The notes under the pieces were generated by a model. It did not search any database. It worked only from the letters and a program-made list of their open reading frames with translations, and had not been told where the DNA came from. From a virus (taxonomy: Duplodnaviria > Caudoviricetes), in the IMG/VR virus record IMGVR_UViG_3300036398_003753, positions 1-61,520 of that record: 61,520 bases of DNA. The stretch is one strand, 5' to 3'. The position numbers and the translations under genes are program-made. Below are positions 19,382 through 27,855 of the stretch, one piece after another. Numbering within the stretch: position 1 is the first letter of the stretch; the number at the start of each line of letters is the position of its first letter.

Positions 19382-20867
19382 AAAGGTCTTCGGCCCTCCG
19401 GGGTCAGGCAAGACCACCTACTTGCTCAACGTCGTCGACCGGGAACTGGAGGCAGGGGTTTCCTCTGCAAGGATTGGCTACTTTTCTTTCACCAGAAAGG
19501 CTGCCAACGAAGCGCGCGACCGCGCAGCGCTGAAGTTCCCGCAGCTCATCCCCAAGACCGACTTCCCCTATTTCAGGACCTTGCACAGCCTGGCGTACCA
19601 CGCCCTGGCCGTCAAACCTGATCTGATCATGCAGCCGGAGCACTACCGCGAGTTCGCGGCGCAAGCTGGCATTGAGATCTCCCTGAGCTCTGACGAAGAG
19701 ACAGAGCTGGCCAAGCCAGACAACCCCATCCTCAACGAGATCAACCTCGCACGTATCCGCGGCGTGGACCTGCGCCAGCACTACAACGACTCGGGCCTAG
19801 ACATCGAGTGGTTCCATTTTGAGTTTGTCGAGCGGACCTACCGCCACTACAAACGCAGCAAGGACCTGCTGGACTTCACCGACCTCTTGGAGATGATCGT
19901 GCAGCAACCAGAGCGATTACCCTCATTGGAGGTTCTAATCGTGGACGAAGCGCAGGATTTATCGCGATTGCAGTGGCAACTGGTGGAAGCACTGGCTGCG
20001 AAAGCGCAAAGGGTATTCCTCGCCGGAGACGACGATCAAGCAGTATTCACCTGGGCCGGGGCAGACGTCAAGAGCTTCTTGTCCTTCCAAGGCACGATCA
20101 AGGTGCTACAGCAGTCGTACCGCGTTCCGAGCACCGTGCACGAGTTGGCCAACCAGGTCGTTCGCCGTATCCGCCAGCGCCAACCCAAGCAGTGGAAGCC
20201 CCGCGACTTTGAAGGCCGCGTGATGACCTACTACCGCTTCGAGGACGTGCCGATTGATGATGGCCAGTGGCTCATCTTGGGCAGCACCAACTACCTGCTC
20301 AACCCCGTGGGCGAGTGGCTCAAGCGCAAGGGATTGCTGTTTGAGCGCTCAGGTCTACCCAGCATTGGCCCAACCATCCTGAAGGCCGTGGTGGCCTGGG
20401 AGCGGCTGCGCAAGGGCCAGCCAGTGGGCGGCGAGGATCTGGTCAACGTCTACAGATACCTCGATTCGGATTACGTGGCCCGCGGACATCGGACCTTCAA
20501 GGGCGATCGCAACGAGCTGTTCACCCTGGAGCAGCTGCAGGCCAACTATGGCCTCTTGGACACCCCAGTGTGGCACGAGGCCCTGGGCAAGATTGCTCAC
20601 GACAAGCGCGACTATCTGGTGTCAGTCCTGCGTCAAGGAACGCGGCTCTCGGACGGTGGCCGCATCAAGTTATCCACAATACACGGAGCCAAGGGCGGGG
20701 AGGCGGACAACGTCTTGCTGCTCATGGACCTTTCCACAAAGTTTGCCAAAGACATGCAGAAGAACGGGGACGACGTGAACCGCCTTTTCTACGTAGGCAT
20801 TACCCGAGCGAAGAAATCATTGCACTTAGTGCTGCCCAAGTTTCAAGATAAAGGATTCCTTCTATGA
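19365..20867 (+). CDS. UvrD/Rep-like SF1 helicase
   Basis: GPPGSGKTT, VDEAQD, GDDDQA, QSYR, STIHGAKGGEAD, YVGITRA. Confidence 0.93.
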   Translation: MTPSIEKVFGPPGSGKTTYLLNVVDRELEAGVSSARIGYFSFTRKAANEARDRAALKFPQLIPKTDFPYFRTLHSLAYHALAVKPDLIMQPEHYREFAAQAGIEISLSSDEETELAKPDNPILNEINLARIRGVDLRQHYNDSGLDIEWFHFEFVERTYRHYKRSKDLLDFTDLLEMIVQQPERLPSLEVLIVDEAQDLSRLQWQLVEALAAKAQRVFLAGDDDQAVFTWAGADVKSFLSFQGTIKVLQQSYRVPSTVHELANQVVRRIRQRQPKQWKPRDFEGRVMTYYRFEDVPIDDGQWLILGSTNYLLNPVGEWLKRKGLLFERSGLPSIGPTILKAVVAWERLRKGQPVGGEDLVNVYRYLDSDYVARGHRTFKGDRNELFTLEQLQANYGLLDTPVWHEALGKIAHDKRDYLVSVLRQGTRLSDGGRIKLSTIHGAKGGEADNVLLLMDLSTKFAKDMQKNGDDVNRLFYVGITRAKKSLHLVLPKFQDKGFLL

Positions 20868-22729
20868 GAACCATGCCGCTTTTTCCGACCCCAACAGAGT
20901 GGGTCGCCCCGGAGACCTTCCCCAACTTATCCACAGCCAAGGAGATAGCAATTGACCTCGAAACTTGTGACCCTAATTTGGAATCTTTTGGTCCCGGGTG
21001 GCCTCGTGGTGACGGTTATATTGTGGGATATGCCATCGCTGTGGACGGGTGGTCCGGATACTATCCTGTTGCTCATGCTGGCGGTGGCAATCTGGATAAA
21101 CGCTTGGTGGAACGATGGATCAAAGACGTCCTCGCCACCCCCGCCGACAAAGTCATGCATAACGCTGCCTACGACGCCGGGTGGCTGGGTGCAAGTGGAT
21201 TCACCATCAACGGTCGTATCGTGGACACCATGCTCGCCGCACCCCTCCTCGACGAGAACCGTTTCTCGTACAGCCTCAATGCGCTTGGCTTCGACTACCT
21301 CCAAGAAATTAAATCGGAGCAAGGCCTCAAGCAGGCAGCTGCCGACTTCGGCGTCCACCCTAAGAAAGAGCTCTGGAAGCTCCCAGCCATGTACGTCGGT
21401 GAGTACGCGGAGCAAGACGCGGCGCTGACGCTCAAGCTCTGGCAGCACTTCAAGATTAAGATGCGGCAGGATGAGGTGGAGTCCATCTTCACCATGGAGA
21501 CAGACGTCTTCCCTGTGCTGCTGGAGATGACCCGCCGCGGCATCCGCTTTGACCGCGACAAGTGTGGCCTGCTGATCGACAAGATGCGCACCCGCGAGAG
21601 CCAACTGCTGCGTGAGATGAAGGAGCAGGCGGGCGTGAAGATTGACATCTGGGGCGCACAGTCGATCGCTGTGGCGTTCGACCGCCTCGGCATCCAGTAT
21701 GCCAAGACCGAACAGGGCGCACCGAGCTTCACCAAGCAGTTCCTGGACAACCACGACCACCCGCTGGCCAAGATGATCATTGAGGCGCGTGAGGCCAACA
21801 AGACGCACAGTACCTTCTTGCAGCCGTACATGGACTTCAGTGCCAAGACAGGGCGCATCCATCCGCACGTCAACCAGATGCGCTCAGACGACGGCGGCAC
21901 GGTCACAGGCCGTCTGTCCATGGCCAACCCCAACTTGCAGCAGGTCCCAGCTCGGCACGAGATCATCGGACCGATGGTGCGCGGCCTGTTCCTGCCGGAG
22001 CAAGAGCAGCTGTGGGCATCGAATGACTTCTCGTCCCAAGAACCGCGCCTGCTGGTCCACTACGCCAGCCTCCTGGGCCTGCCCGGCGCAGACAAGATGG
22101 TCGACGCCTACAACAATGATCCCAACACCGACTTCCACCAGATGGTGGCGGACATGGCCGGGATCAAACGCAAAGCCGCCAAGACGATTGGCCTTGGCCT
22201 GATGTACGGCATGGGCAAAGGAAAGCTGGCCGCGCAGCTGGACCTGTCGGCGCACGAAGCAGACGAGCTGATCACGCGCTTTCACCACAACGTCCCGTTC
22301 CTCAAGGGCACGGTCAACGCGGTGATGAAAAGGATTGACCATCCAGCAGCGGGCGGTGCGATCCGCACCCTCCTGGGCCGCAAGTGCCGCTTCCCGCTTT
22401 GGGAGCCGATGGAGTGGGGCGTGAACAAGGCCCTGCCGCACGATCAAGCCATCATTGCCTATGGCCAGCGTATCAAGCGCTCAGGCACCTACAAGGGCCT
22501 CAACCGTTTGATCCAGGGGTCTGCCGCAGATCAGGCCAAAGCGGCCATGGTGGCCCTTGCCAAGGCCGGGATGACGCCTATCTTGCAGGTGCACGACGAA
22601 GTGGCCCTGTCGGTGCGCAGTCGAGAGGAAGCGATTGAGGGTGCGCGGATCATGGCAGAGGCTGTGCGCATGGAAGTACCCAGCCGATGTGACGTGGAGA
22701 CTGGCCCGAGCTGGGGCGAAGCAAAATAA
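20864..22729 (+). CDS. polA: Family A DNA polymerase with 3'-5' exonuclease, no 5'-3' exonuclease
   Basis: DLET, HNAAYD, YAEQD exo motifs; TGRLS..NPNLQQ, DFSSQEPR, KTIGLGLMYG, QVHDE. Confidence 0.96.
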   Translation: MRTMPLFPTPTEWVAPETFPNLSTAKEIAIDLETCDPNLESFGPGWPRGDGYIVGYAIAVDGWSGYYPVAHAGGGNLDKRLVERWIKDVLATPADKVMHNAAYDAGWLGASGFTINGRIVDTMLAAPLLDENRFSYSLNALGFDYLQEIKSEQGLKQAAADFGVHPKKELWKLPAMYVGEYAEQDAALTLKLWQHFKIKMRQDEVESIFTMETDVFPVLLEMTRRGIRFDRDKCGLLIDKMRTRESQLLREMKEQAGVKIDIWGAQSIAVAFDRLGIQYAKTEQGAPSFTKQFLDNHDHPLAKMIIEAREANKTHSTFLQPYMDFSAKTGRIHPHVNQMRSDDGGTVTGRLSMANPNLQQVPARHEIIGPMVRGLFLPEQEQLWASNDFSSQEPRLLVHYASLLGLPGADKMVDAYNNDPNTDFHQMVADMAGIKRKAAKTIGLGLMYGMGKGKLAAQLDLSAHEADELITRFHHNVPFLKGTVNAVMKRIDHPAAGGAIRTLLGRKCRFPLWEPMEWGVNKALPHDQAIIAYGQRIKRSGTYKGLNRLIQGSAADQAKAAMVALAKAGMTPILQVHDEVALSVRSREEAIEGARIMAEAVRMEVPSRCDVETGPSWGEAK

Positions 22730-22753
22730 AAGGGCCCCGAGGGGCCCTTTTTA
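22729..22753. terminator. Bidirectional intrinsic terminator
   Basis: AAAGGGCCCC-GA-GGGGCCCTTTTT between convergent operons. Confidence 0.85.
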
Positions 22754-23041
22754 ACGAAACCAACTCTTGACCTTTTGCCATATCGTGGCCGGAGGTTTTT
22801 GGTCTTCAAACAGGTCGAGCTGGCGCAGGGCAAAGAGGTATTCCCCCTTGCCTGTTTCAGAGACCCGCTGTGCATCCAACTGCAAGTTTGACGACAGATA
22901 CAAGCCAGCGCGGCGGACAACAGAAGACGGCAGACCCGTCCACTGTGCCAGCTCTGACGTCTTGCCCTTGTAGTCGTGCGCGCGCAAAGCAGCCAGGACC
23001 ATGGCCCGAGCTTCTTCTGGTTTGATGCGCGTGGTGTTCAT
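22751..23041 (-). CDS. Putative HTH DNA-binding protein
   Basis: TSELAQWTGLPSSVVRR; start placed at MNTTRIK. Confidence 0.55.
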   Translation of the reverse strand: MNTTRIKPEEARAMVLAALRAHDYKGKTSELAQWTGLPSSVVRRAGLYLSSNLQLDAQRVSETGKGEYLFALRQLDLFEDQKPPATIWQKVKSWFR

Positions 23042-23208
23042 CAGAACACCCCAAACCAGATGCCCGTGCCGTGGACACAGCCCACAGGGAAGAAGATGGC
23101 CCCGACCAATAGCAAAAGCCACTTCGCTGTTTGGATGGAAACCACCACGTGGGTCAGCCACGCAGCGGCGACCCATATGATTAAGGCAGCGCCGAGGGTA
23201 TTGCTCAT
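23041..23208 (-). CDS. Small two-TM membrane protein, 55 aa (not in ORF track)
   Basis: Own translation MSNTLGAALIIWVAAAWLTHVVVSIQTAKWLLLLVGAIFFPVGCVHGTGIWFGVF; coupled to both neighbours. Confidence 0.7.
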   Translation of the reverse strand: MSNTLGAALIIWVAAAWLTHVVVSIQTAKWLLLLVGAIFFPVGCVHGTGIWFGVF

Positions 23209-23861
23209 CGCACATTCCCCTCAAGACGATCGGCCACCAGCTTGGCGTAGCCAGCAATGTCCACCCAGTGGTCCACCTTGTCAGGGTTGCCGTTGATGAT
23301 GCGGCCCAGCTTGTGGATGATCATGTCGATGGCTTCGCGCTGATCAAAAGCCAACGGTGTTTGGCGGTCCTCGATGTAGTTGTGCACCAAGCGCTTGAGC
23401 ATCTGCATGATCTCCGCGCCTTCGATGAACTTGCCGTAGTCCTTGGCCCGCGAATCGAGGACCGTGTCTACGTTCGTCTCCTCATTTGGCGTCAGGTCGT
23501 TTGTTTCTTCAAACGCAGTAGGGTCCACCTTGCGCATCTCCTTGACATACATCTCAAGCGGGATGCCCAGCTTCTTGGCAACCATCGCCGCGCTTATGGG
23601 GACGTAGAGTTTCTTGGCCGCAGGCTTGTCCTCTTCCATGGTAATTTCTGGATTGACGATTGGACGGGAGACCTCAGGCACAGGCACCACCGCTGGCGGC
23701 TGCCAAGGCTCAGGCTCGTTGTCCCGGACCTTCTTGCGAAGTGTGTAGGCATGCGACATGGCCATGCCGTGTTTCCCAGCTACCTCTGAAACAGAGGCGT
23801 CAGGGTGCTTGCGAAAGTGTTCCATCACCTTCAGGGTTCTTTTTGCATATGGTTTTGTCAT
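23205..23861 (-). CDS. DUF6378-like domain protein with N-terminal HTH
   Basis: C-terminal RAKDYGKF...KLGRIINGNPDKVDHWVDIAGYA. Confidence 0.7.
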   Translation of the reverse strand: MTKPYAKRTLKVMEHFRKHPDASVSEVAGKHGMAMSHAYTLRKKVRDNEPEPWQPPAVVPVPEVSRPIVNPEITMEEDKPAAKKLYVPISAAMVAKKLGIPLEMYVKEMRKVDPTAFEETNDLTPNEETNVDTVLDSRAKDYGKFIEGAEIMQMLKRLVHNYIEDRQTPLAFDQREAIDMIIHKLGRIINGNPDKVDHWVDIAGYAKLVADRLEGNVR

Positions 23862-23870
23862 GGGGCTCTC

Positions 23871-24029
23871 CTATAAAAGTGCTTCTTCAATGTCCGCTAA
23901 CGGATCAGGTTCGGTGGCCTTGGTTTGCTTGGGGAACCTCTTTGGGTCCAGCCGCTCAAAGGGCCACCAGGCCTTGAGCTCCTCTTGTGACAAAGGTCTG
24001 TTGCCTTCAGGCAATTTCTTCTTTTGCAT
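23871..24029 (-). CDS. Small hypothetical protein, 52 aa (not in ORF track)
   Basis: Own translation MQKKKLPEGNRPLSQEELKAWWPFERLDPK...IEEALL; fills the gap. Confidence 0.55.
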   Translation of the reverse strand: MQKKKLPEGNRPLSQEELKAWWPFERLDPKRFPKQTKATEPDPLADIEEALL

Positions 24030-24495
24030 GCTTGGGCTGCACGATGGCTCGTGCTTGTTTGTTTTTGATAATCGCCGCCACGAAGTCGATAGCCTTTTCC
24101 AATTCAGCTACAGTACAGGCATCGAGCTGTGCGTCATGCACTTCCATGGCCAGGTTGAAAGAGGTGAGCTCGGGTCCGCGCAAAATAAACTTGCCAGTCT
24201 CCACGCCCCGGCGTCCCACCGCCAGGAGCGCGTCTTGCGCGGCCCGAATCTCATCCTTCCAGTCGTCCCCAATGCGCATGATTGCCAGCGCTTCAGTGAT
24301 GTTGAATGCGCTGATGAGGACGTCAATATCTTCCCGCGTACCGCGGCCCTGGCGCACCGATTCGAGCGCCGCGTGGTTCTTGATCTTGAGTGTGGTGCCA
24401 GCACTGATCGCGCCCACCACCTTCATGCCCGACAGCACATGGTTCATGGTGTCGTAGATCAGGCCACGAGGGCGGTACTTACTTCTTTTTCGCAT
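24007..24495 (-). CDS. Hypothetical phage protein
   Basis: Start MRKRSKYRPR with GAGG RBS. Confidence 0.7.
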   Translation of the reverse strand: MRKRSKYRPRGLIYDTMNHVLSGMKVVGAISAGTTLKIKNHAALESVRQGRGTREDIDVLISAFNITEALAIMRIGDDWKDEIRAAQDALLAVGRRGVETGKFILRGPELTSFNLAMEVHDAQLDACTVAELEKAIDFVAAIIKNKQARAIVQPKHAKEEIA

Positions 24496-24880
24496 CTTCC
24501 TCTTCCTCTTCGCGGATGATGTCGTCCAGGTTCTTGCGCATATTGAGCACCAGCATGAAGAGCTCATTGATGGCCACCTTCAATTTCTCCTGTCTCGCGC
24601 GCCGCTCTTCCAGCCAGAAGGCAGAAGACATCTGGATATTGCCCATGCGCACCTCTAGCGTGACCAAAGGGCCCTCATCTTCGTCCAGGGCAGGGTCGTA
24701 TTCCAAGCTCTGGCTGCGGATCATGAACACCACGCGGTCGTACAGGTCAGAGGCAGTTTGGGCCAGGTACTCGTTGCGCTCTCGGCGGATCTCGTTGAGC
24801 TCCAGAGGCGGGATCACCACCTGAGCCTGCGCTCCGCACTCTTCAATCGTGACGTACACGTCTTCATCAATCCTCTGCAT
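24479..24880 (-). CDS. Hypothetical protein
   Basis: Start MQRIDEDV after AAGGAG. Confidence 0.6.
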   Translation of the reverse strand: MQRIDEDVYVTIEECGAQAQVVIPPLELNEIRRERNEYLAQTASDLYDRVVFMIRSQSLEYDPALDEDEGPLVTLEVRMGNIQMSSAFWLEERRARQEKLKVAINELFMLVLNMRKNLDDIIREEEEEDAKKK

Positions 24881-25157
24881 GACGGCTTCTCCTTTCATTG
24901 CTTTCCAAAATTTCTCTGCGAACACTTGGCTTGATCTTGACAACGGGTTCATCAACCACGCCGTAGATGTCTTCGTACGAGACCCGTGAACCGCGCTTCG
25001 CGGCTTCTGCAATCAGCTTCTTGGCCACGTCAGGGGGCACCATCTGGTCCCGTGTTTCGTAGTGCCCCACGTTGCCCTGACTGCAGCCCAGCATGTCAGC
25101 AAACTGCTGCTGGGTCATGCCCATACACAGACGGATTCTCTTAATCCCGTTTTCCAT
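24867..25157 (-). CDS. XRE/Cro-family HTH transcriptional regulator
   Basis: IKRIRLCMGMTQQQFADMLGCSQGNVGHYE. Confidence 0.88.
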   Translation of the reverse strand: MENGIKRIRLCMGMTQQQFADMLGCSQGNVGHYETRDQMVPPDVAKKLIAEAAKRGSRVSYEDIYGVVDEPVVKIKPSVRREILESNERRSRHAED

Positions 25158-25326
25158 TCTCTACTCCTGTCATTCTAGATTTCTTGGCTTTGTTGATGTC
25201 GACAAACTTCTTGTTGGTGCTTTTCAGAACAAAGAAGAACTGGCTGTCGCGTTTGATCTCGTCCACCACTTCGCCTTCGCTGGTAATCAGCACCCAATGG
25301 TTCTCGCCCCACTCTTTCCACTTCAT
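25141..25326 (-). CDS. Hypothetical protein
   Basis: Start MKWKEWG, coupled to upstream stop. Confidence 0.55.
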   Translation of the reverse strand: MKWKEWGENHWVLITSEGEVVDEIKRDSQFFFVLKSTNKKFVDINKAKKSRMTGVENGKRD

Positions 25327-25517
25327 CACTTCGCTCCTTTGACCTTGGCTTTGCTGTAAACAGTAAAGGATCTGTTCGGGTTCAGGGCTGACTGCCTGCG
25401 CGCGGCCTCTGAGCTTTTCCAATCCTGAGAGGACAGTACATCGCTGGGCTTTTGCCGCCAGTCAAATGCATTGCCCTGGCTTTTGATGATCTTAGTTCCG
25501 GGCCAATAGTTGATCAT
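25326..25517 (-). CDS. Hypothetical protein
   Basis: Start MINYWPG after AGGAG. Confidence 0.55.
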   Translation of the reverse strand: MINYWPGTKIIKSQGNAFDWRQKPSDVLSSQDWKSSEAARRQSALNPNRSFTVYSKAKVKGAK

Positions 25518-26143
25518 GATTTCTCCTGTAAATCGTAAAACCAATCGTCGCCCGCGGACCATTTGCGTGTGCCGTCAACCGTCCAGAAAGTCTTGGCAGC
25601 CTGAAAGTCAGGGAACTTCACCTCTGCAGGAATCAGGCTCTGGTCGTACCACAAGCAGCGGTTGTTGGGCTGGCAAGCGAACTGGCCATTGTCCAACATG
25701 ATGAAGTTAAAGCTCTTGTGTTCTTCGGCCTGCTCCGTGAACCCCGTGTCAACGTCCATACCGTCCGCACAGAAGTCCACAGTGAACATGTAGCGTCCGT
25801 GGTGCCATACCTTGTCCTTGCCCAAGAACTTCACGCCCAGGTTGCGCAGACCGATCTTCTCGAGGACCGTGAAGCGGTAGCCCATGCAGTCCCACAGTTG
25901 CAGGATGTCGATGGGCAGGTCACCGTGCTCCTCGGTCCAGACGTATGCGCTGATTGGCAGCTTGTCGTACAGCGCGCCGTAGTTAGGCAGGAGTGATTCG
26001 ATCCTAAATACCTGACCGCGCAGCGCCTTGATGCTGACCCAAATCGCTGGCTCTAATTCGCCAAAGCCCTTGGTGAAGTTGTACAGGAACTCGCGGCGCA
26101 CGAAGCACTTCAAGGGTGGCAGCGATGCGATGATGTAGCTCAT
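25514..26143 (-). CDS. Hypothetical phage protein
   Basis: YGALYDKLP, LQLWDC, EHKSFN...GQFACQPNNR motifs. Confidence 0.75.
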   Translation of the reverse strand: MSYIIASLPPLKCFVRREFLYNFTKGFGELEPAIWVSIKALRGQVFRIESLLPNYGALYDKLPISAYVWTEEHGDLPIDILQLWDCMGYRFTVLEKIGLRNLGVKFLGKDKVWHHGRYMFTVDFCADGMDVDTGFTEQAEEHKSFNFIMLDNGQFACQPNNRCLWYDQSLIPAEVKFPDFQAAKTFWTVDGTRKWSAGDDWFYDLQEKS

Positions 26144-26229
26144 ACAAATCTCCAATCACCACAGCGGGTGCAACGGTATGCGGGTCGGTCTTTGTTGTCG
26201 CCGGGTTCCCAGCGGTGTTTACAGGTCAT
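26140..26229 (-). CDS. 29-aa Cys/His micro-protein (possible zinc ribbon; not in ORF track)
   Basis: Own translation MTCKHRWEPGDNKDRPAYRCTRCGDWRFV; ATGA overlaps at both ends. Confidence 0.55.
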   Translation of the reverse strand: MTCKHRWEPGDNKDRPAYRCTRCGDWRFV

Positions 26230-26432
26230 GTGTTCCCCCTTGCCCGAATGGCGCTTGCCACTCCTTTGTTGTCAGCCCATGCAAGCTGGTCTGCCAACTT
26301 TGCACACGCCTCGCGCTCATCAGCACGGACAAGGGCAACAAGGCGCTCAAGTTCGGGTGAAACGTATGTCACGCCCTCAAAGGACATCAATGGGAAGCCA
26401 GCCTCACGGGCCATGTCTATCGTGTCTCTCAT
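26226..26432 (-). CDS. Hypothetical protein (EREACA-motif type)
   Basis: DEREACAKL...SAIRARG. Confidence 0.65.
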   Translation of the reverse strand: MRDTIDMAREAGFPLMSFEGVTYVSPELERLVALVRADEREACAKLADQLAWADNKGVASAIRARGNT

Positions 26433-26641
26433 GTGTTCTTCTCCTTGAGTTTGGCTTTCGGCTCATGCATGCAGGCCTCTTCGTAATCCAATATGTCCTG
26501 AATGCGGTAACGGATCAGACCGCCCAGCTTGAGGTATCGACAGCCCTGCTTGAGTGATCTGTCTCGCTCCAATGTGGCCTCGCTGATTTTCCAGCGGAAC
26601 GCAAGCTCTTCCTGCGTCATCAGTTGCTCTGTTGTTGTCAT
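26429..26641 (-). CDS. Excisionase/AlpA-like HTH DNA-binding protein
   Basis: MTQEELAFRWKISEATLERDR...YLKLGGLIRYRIQDI. Confidence 0.8.
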   Translation of the reverse strand: MTTTEQLMTQEELAFRWKISEATLERDRSLKQGCRYLKLGGLIRYRIQDILDYEEACMHEPKAKLKEKNT

Positions 26642-27219
26642 TGCGGCTCCTTGTGAACAATCACAGACGCGCCTGTCTCTGGGTCTGTGTAGCTGTTTTC
26701 AGGATCACACCAGCAAGGATTGCCGTCTGTCACGTGCTGTCGATGCGATTCGTTCTTCTCCTTGAGTTTGGCTTCTACTACGCACATCAGTTCCTGCGCC
26801 TCTGGTGTTGCTAAACATTCGCAAGGATCGGCTTCCACTAGGCAGTCGTTGCACTCCTCATCCGTCAGTCCAACCCATTGCCGCTGTGCTGGCTTCCACA
26901 CTTTGCCAGCGTGGTCAATCTCACCCACGATGTGGGCCATTGGCTGCACAGGTGCTGGCTGTGCTGCGGGTGGGGTGTTCTTGCACTTCTTTCCAAGTTG
27001 GCATCGCACACTCCAGCATCCTTGCGGGTCTTTGTCGCAAACAGGCTCATAGTCCAGCCCCAACTCTCTGGCGTTCTCTGCCTTCTTGTCGAGGGCGCGG
27101 GCTTGCTTGATGGCGGTGATGGCTTCACGGGCTTGGTCATAGTCAGACTTGCCGTTATCCCAATACAGCAAGTTGTCCAACGCCTCCAGCGCCAAGGCGA
27201 GTGCTTCGTCTTTGGTCAT
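26638..27219 (-). CDS. Mosaic hypothetical protein
   Basis: Start MTKDEAL; patchwork of short segments (AITAIKQA, TPPAAQ, QWVGLTDEE, EAKLKEKN). Confidence 0.65.
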   Translation of the reverse strand: MTKDEALALALEALDNLLYWDNGKSDYDQAREAITAIKQARALDKKAENARELGLDYEPVCDKDPQGCWSVRCQLGKKCKNTPPAAQPAPVQPMAHIVGEIDHAGKVWKPAQRQWVGLTDEECNDCLVEADPCECLATPEAQELMCVVEAKLKEKNESHRQHVTDGNPCWCDPENSYTDPETGASVIVHKEPQ

Positions 27220-27314
27220 AACACCTCCATCAGCCAAAAAATCCCTGTCCAGAACCACCACCAGATCGTGAGCATCCCGACCCCGGCCAAAACAAAAAGT
27301 AATTTTTCCTTCAT
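27216..27314 (-). CDS. 32-aa single-TM peptide (not in ORF track)
   Basis: Own translation MKEKLLFVLAGVGMLTIWWWFWTGIFWLMEVL; ATGA overlaps both sides. Confidence 0.6.
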   Translation of the reverse strand: MKEKLLFVLAGVGMLTIWWWFWTGIFWLMEVL

Positions 27315-27637
27315 AGCGATTGCCCCTTCTCCTTACACGGCCACGTTGCACGCAGCAACTCCAAAATCAAAGCATCCGCAGCCAAGTGCCGCCGAGCAGG
27401 TGATCTCTCCAAATACAACTTCGTCATGTCCACCAACTGCCCAGCATTGATTGAGGACGGAGCACAAACCACCGCCCATTGCAACGTGTCCGCCACCCCC
27501 GTCACATACCCAATGGCATTCATCTGCTCCATCTGGGAACTGCTGGTGATCTGCTCGTACAACTTATTCCCAGTCTTGAACTGGGCTTGCGCTGGCAGGA
27601 CCGCGGCCCACGCAGCGAGGATCAGGAATTTCTTCAT
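27311..27637 (-). CDS. Rap1a/Tai-like T6SS immunity-family protein with signal peptide
   Basis: Sec signal ending AQA; TGNKLY...GYVTGVAD...CAP...QL...YL...P..RH..A...L...WPC. Confidence 0.75.
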   Translation of the reverse strand: MKKFLILAAWAAVLPAQAQFKTGNKLYEQITSSSQMEQMNAIGYVTGVADTLQWAVVCAPSSINAGQLVDMTKLYLERSPARRHLAADALILELLRATWPCKEKGQSL

Positions 27638-27855
27638 GGTTGTCCCCTTTCGCGAATGGCATTGGCCAAATTAGTGCAGATAACCTTTCCGTGTGGGCCA
27701 CTGACAAAAGCATCCTCACAAACCTTTGCGCATTCCTCGCGCTCGGCCTGTATGGCCCTTTGCCACGTGCGCAGGAATACGTCCAGCTCCTCGCGGGTCG
27801 GCTCACCCAACATCTGACTGATCTCCAGCCAGGCGGCTTTCATTGCTTCGTTCAT
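27634..27855 (-). CDS. Hypothetical protein (EREACA-motif type)
   Basis: AEREECAKVCE...ANAIRERG. Confidence 0.6.
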   Translation of the reverse strand: MNEAMKAAWLEISQMLGEPTREELDVFLRTWQRAIQAEREECAKVCEDAFVSGPHGKVICTNLANAIRERGQP

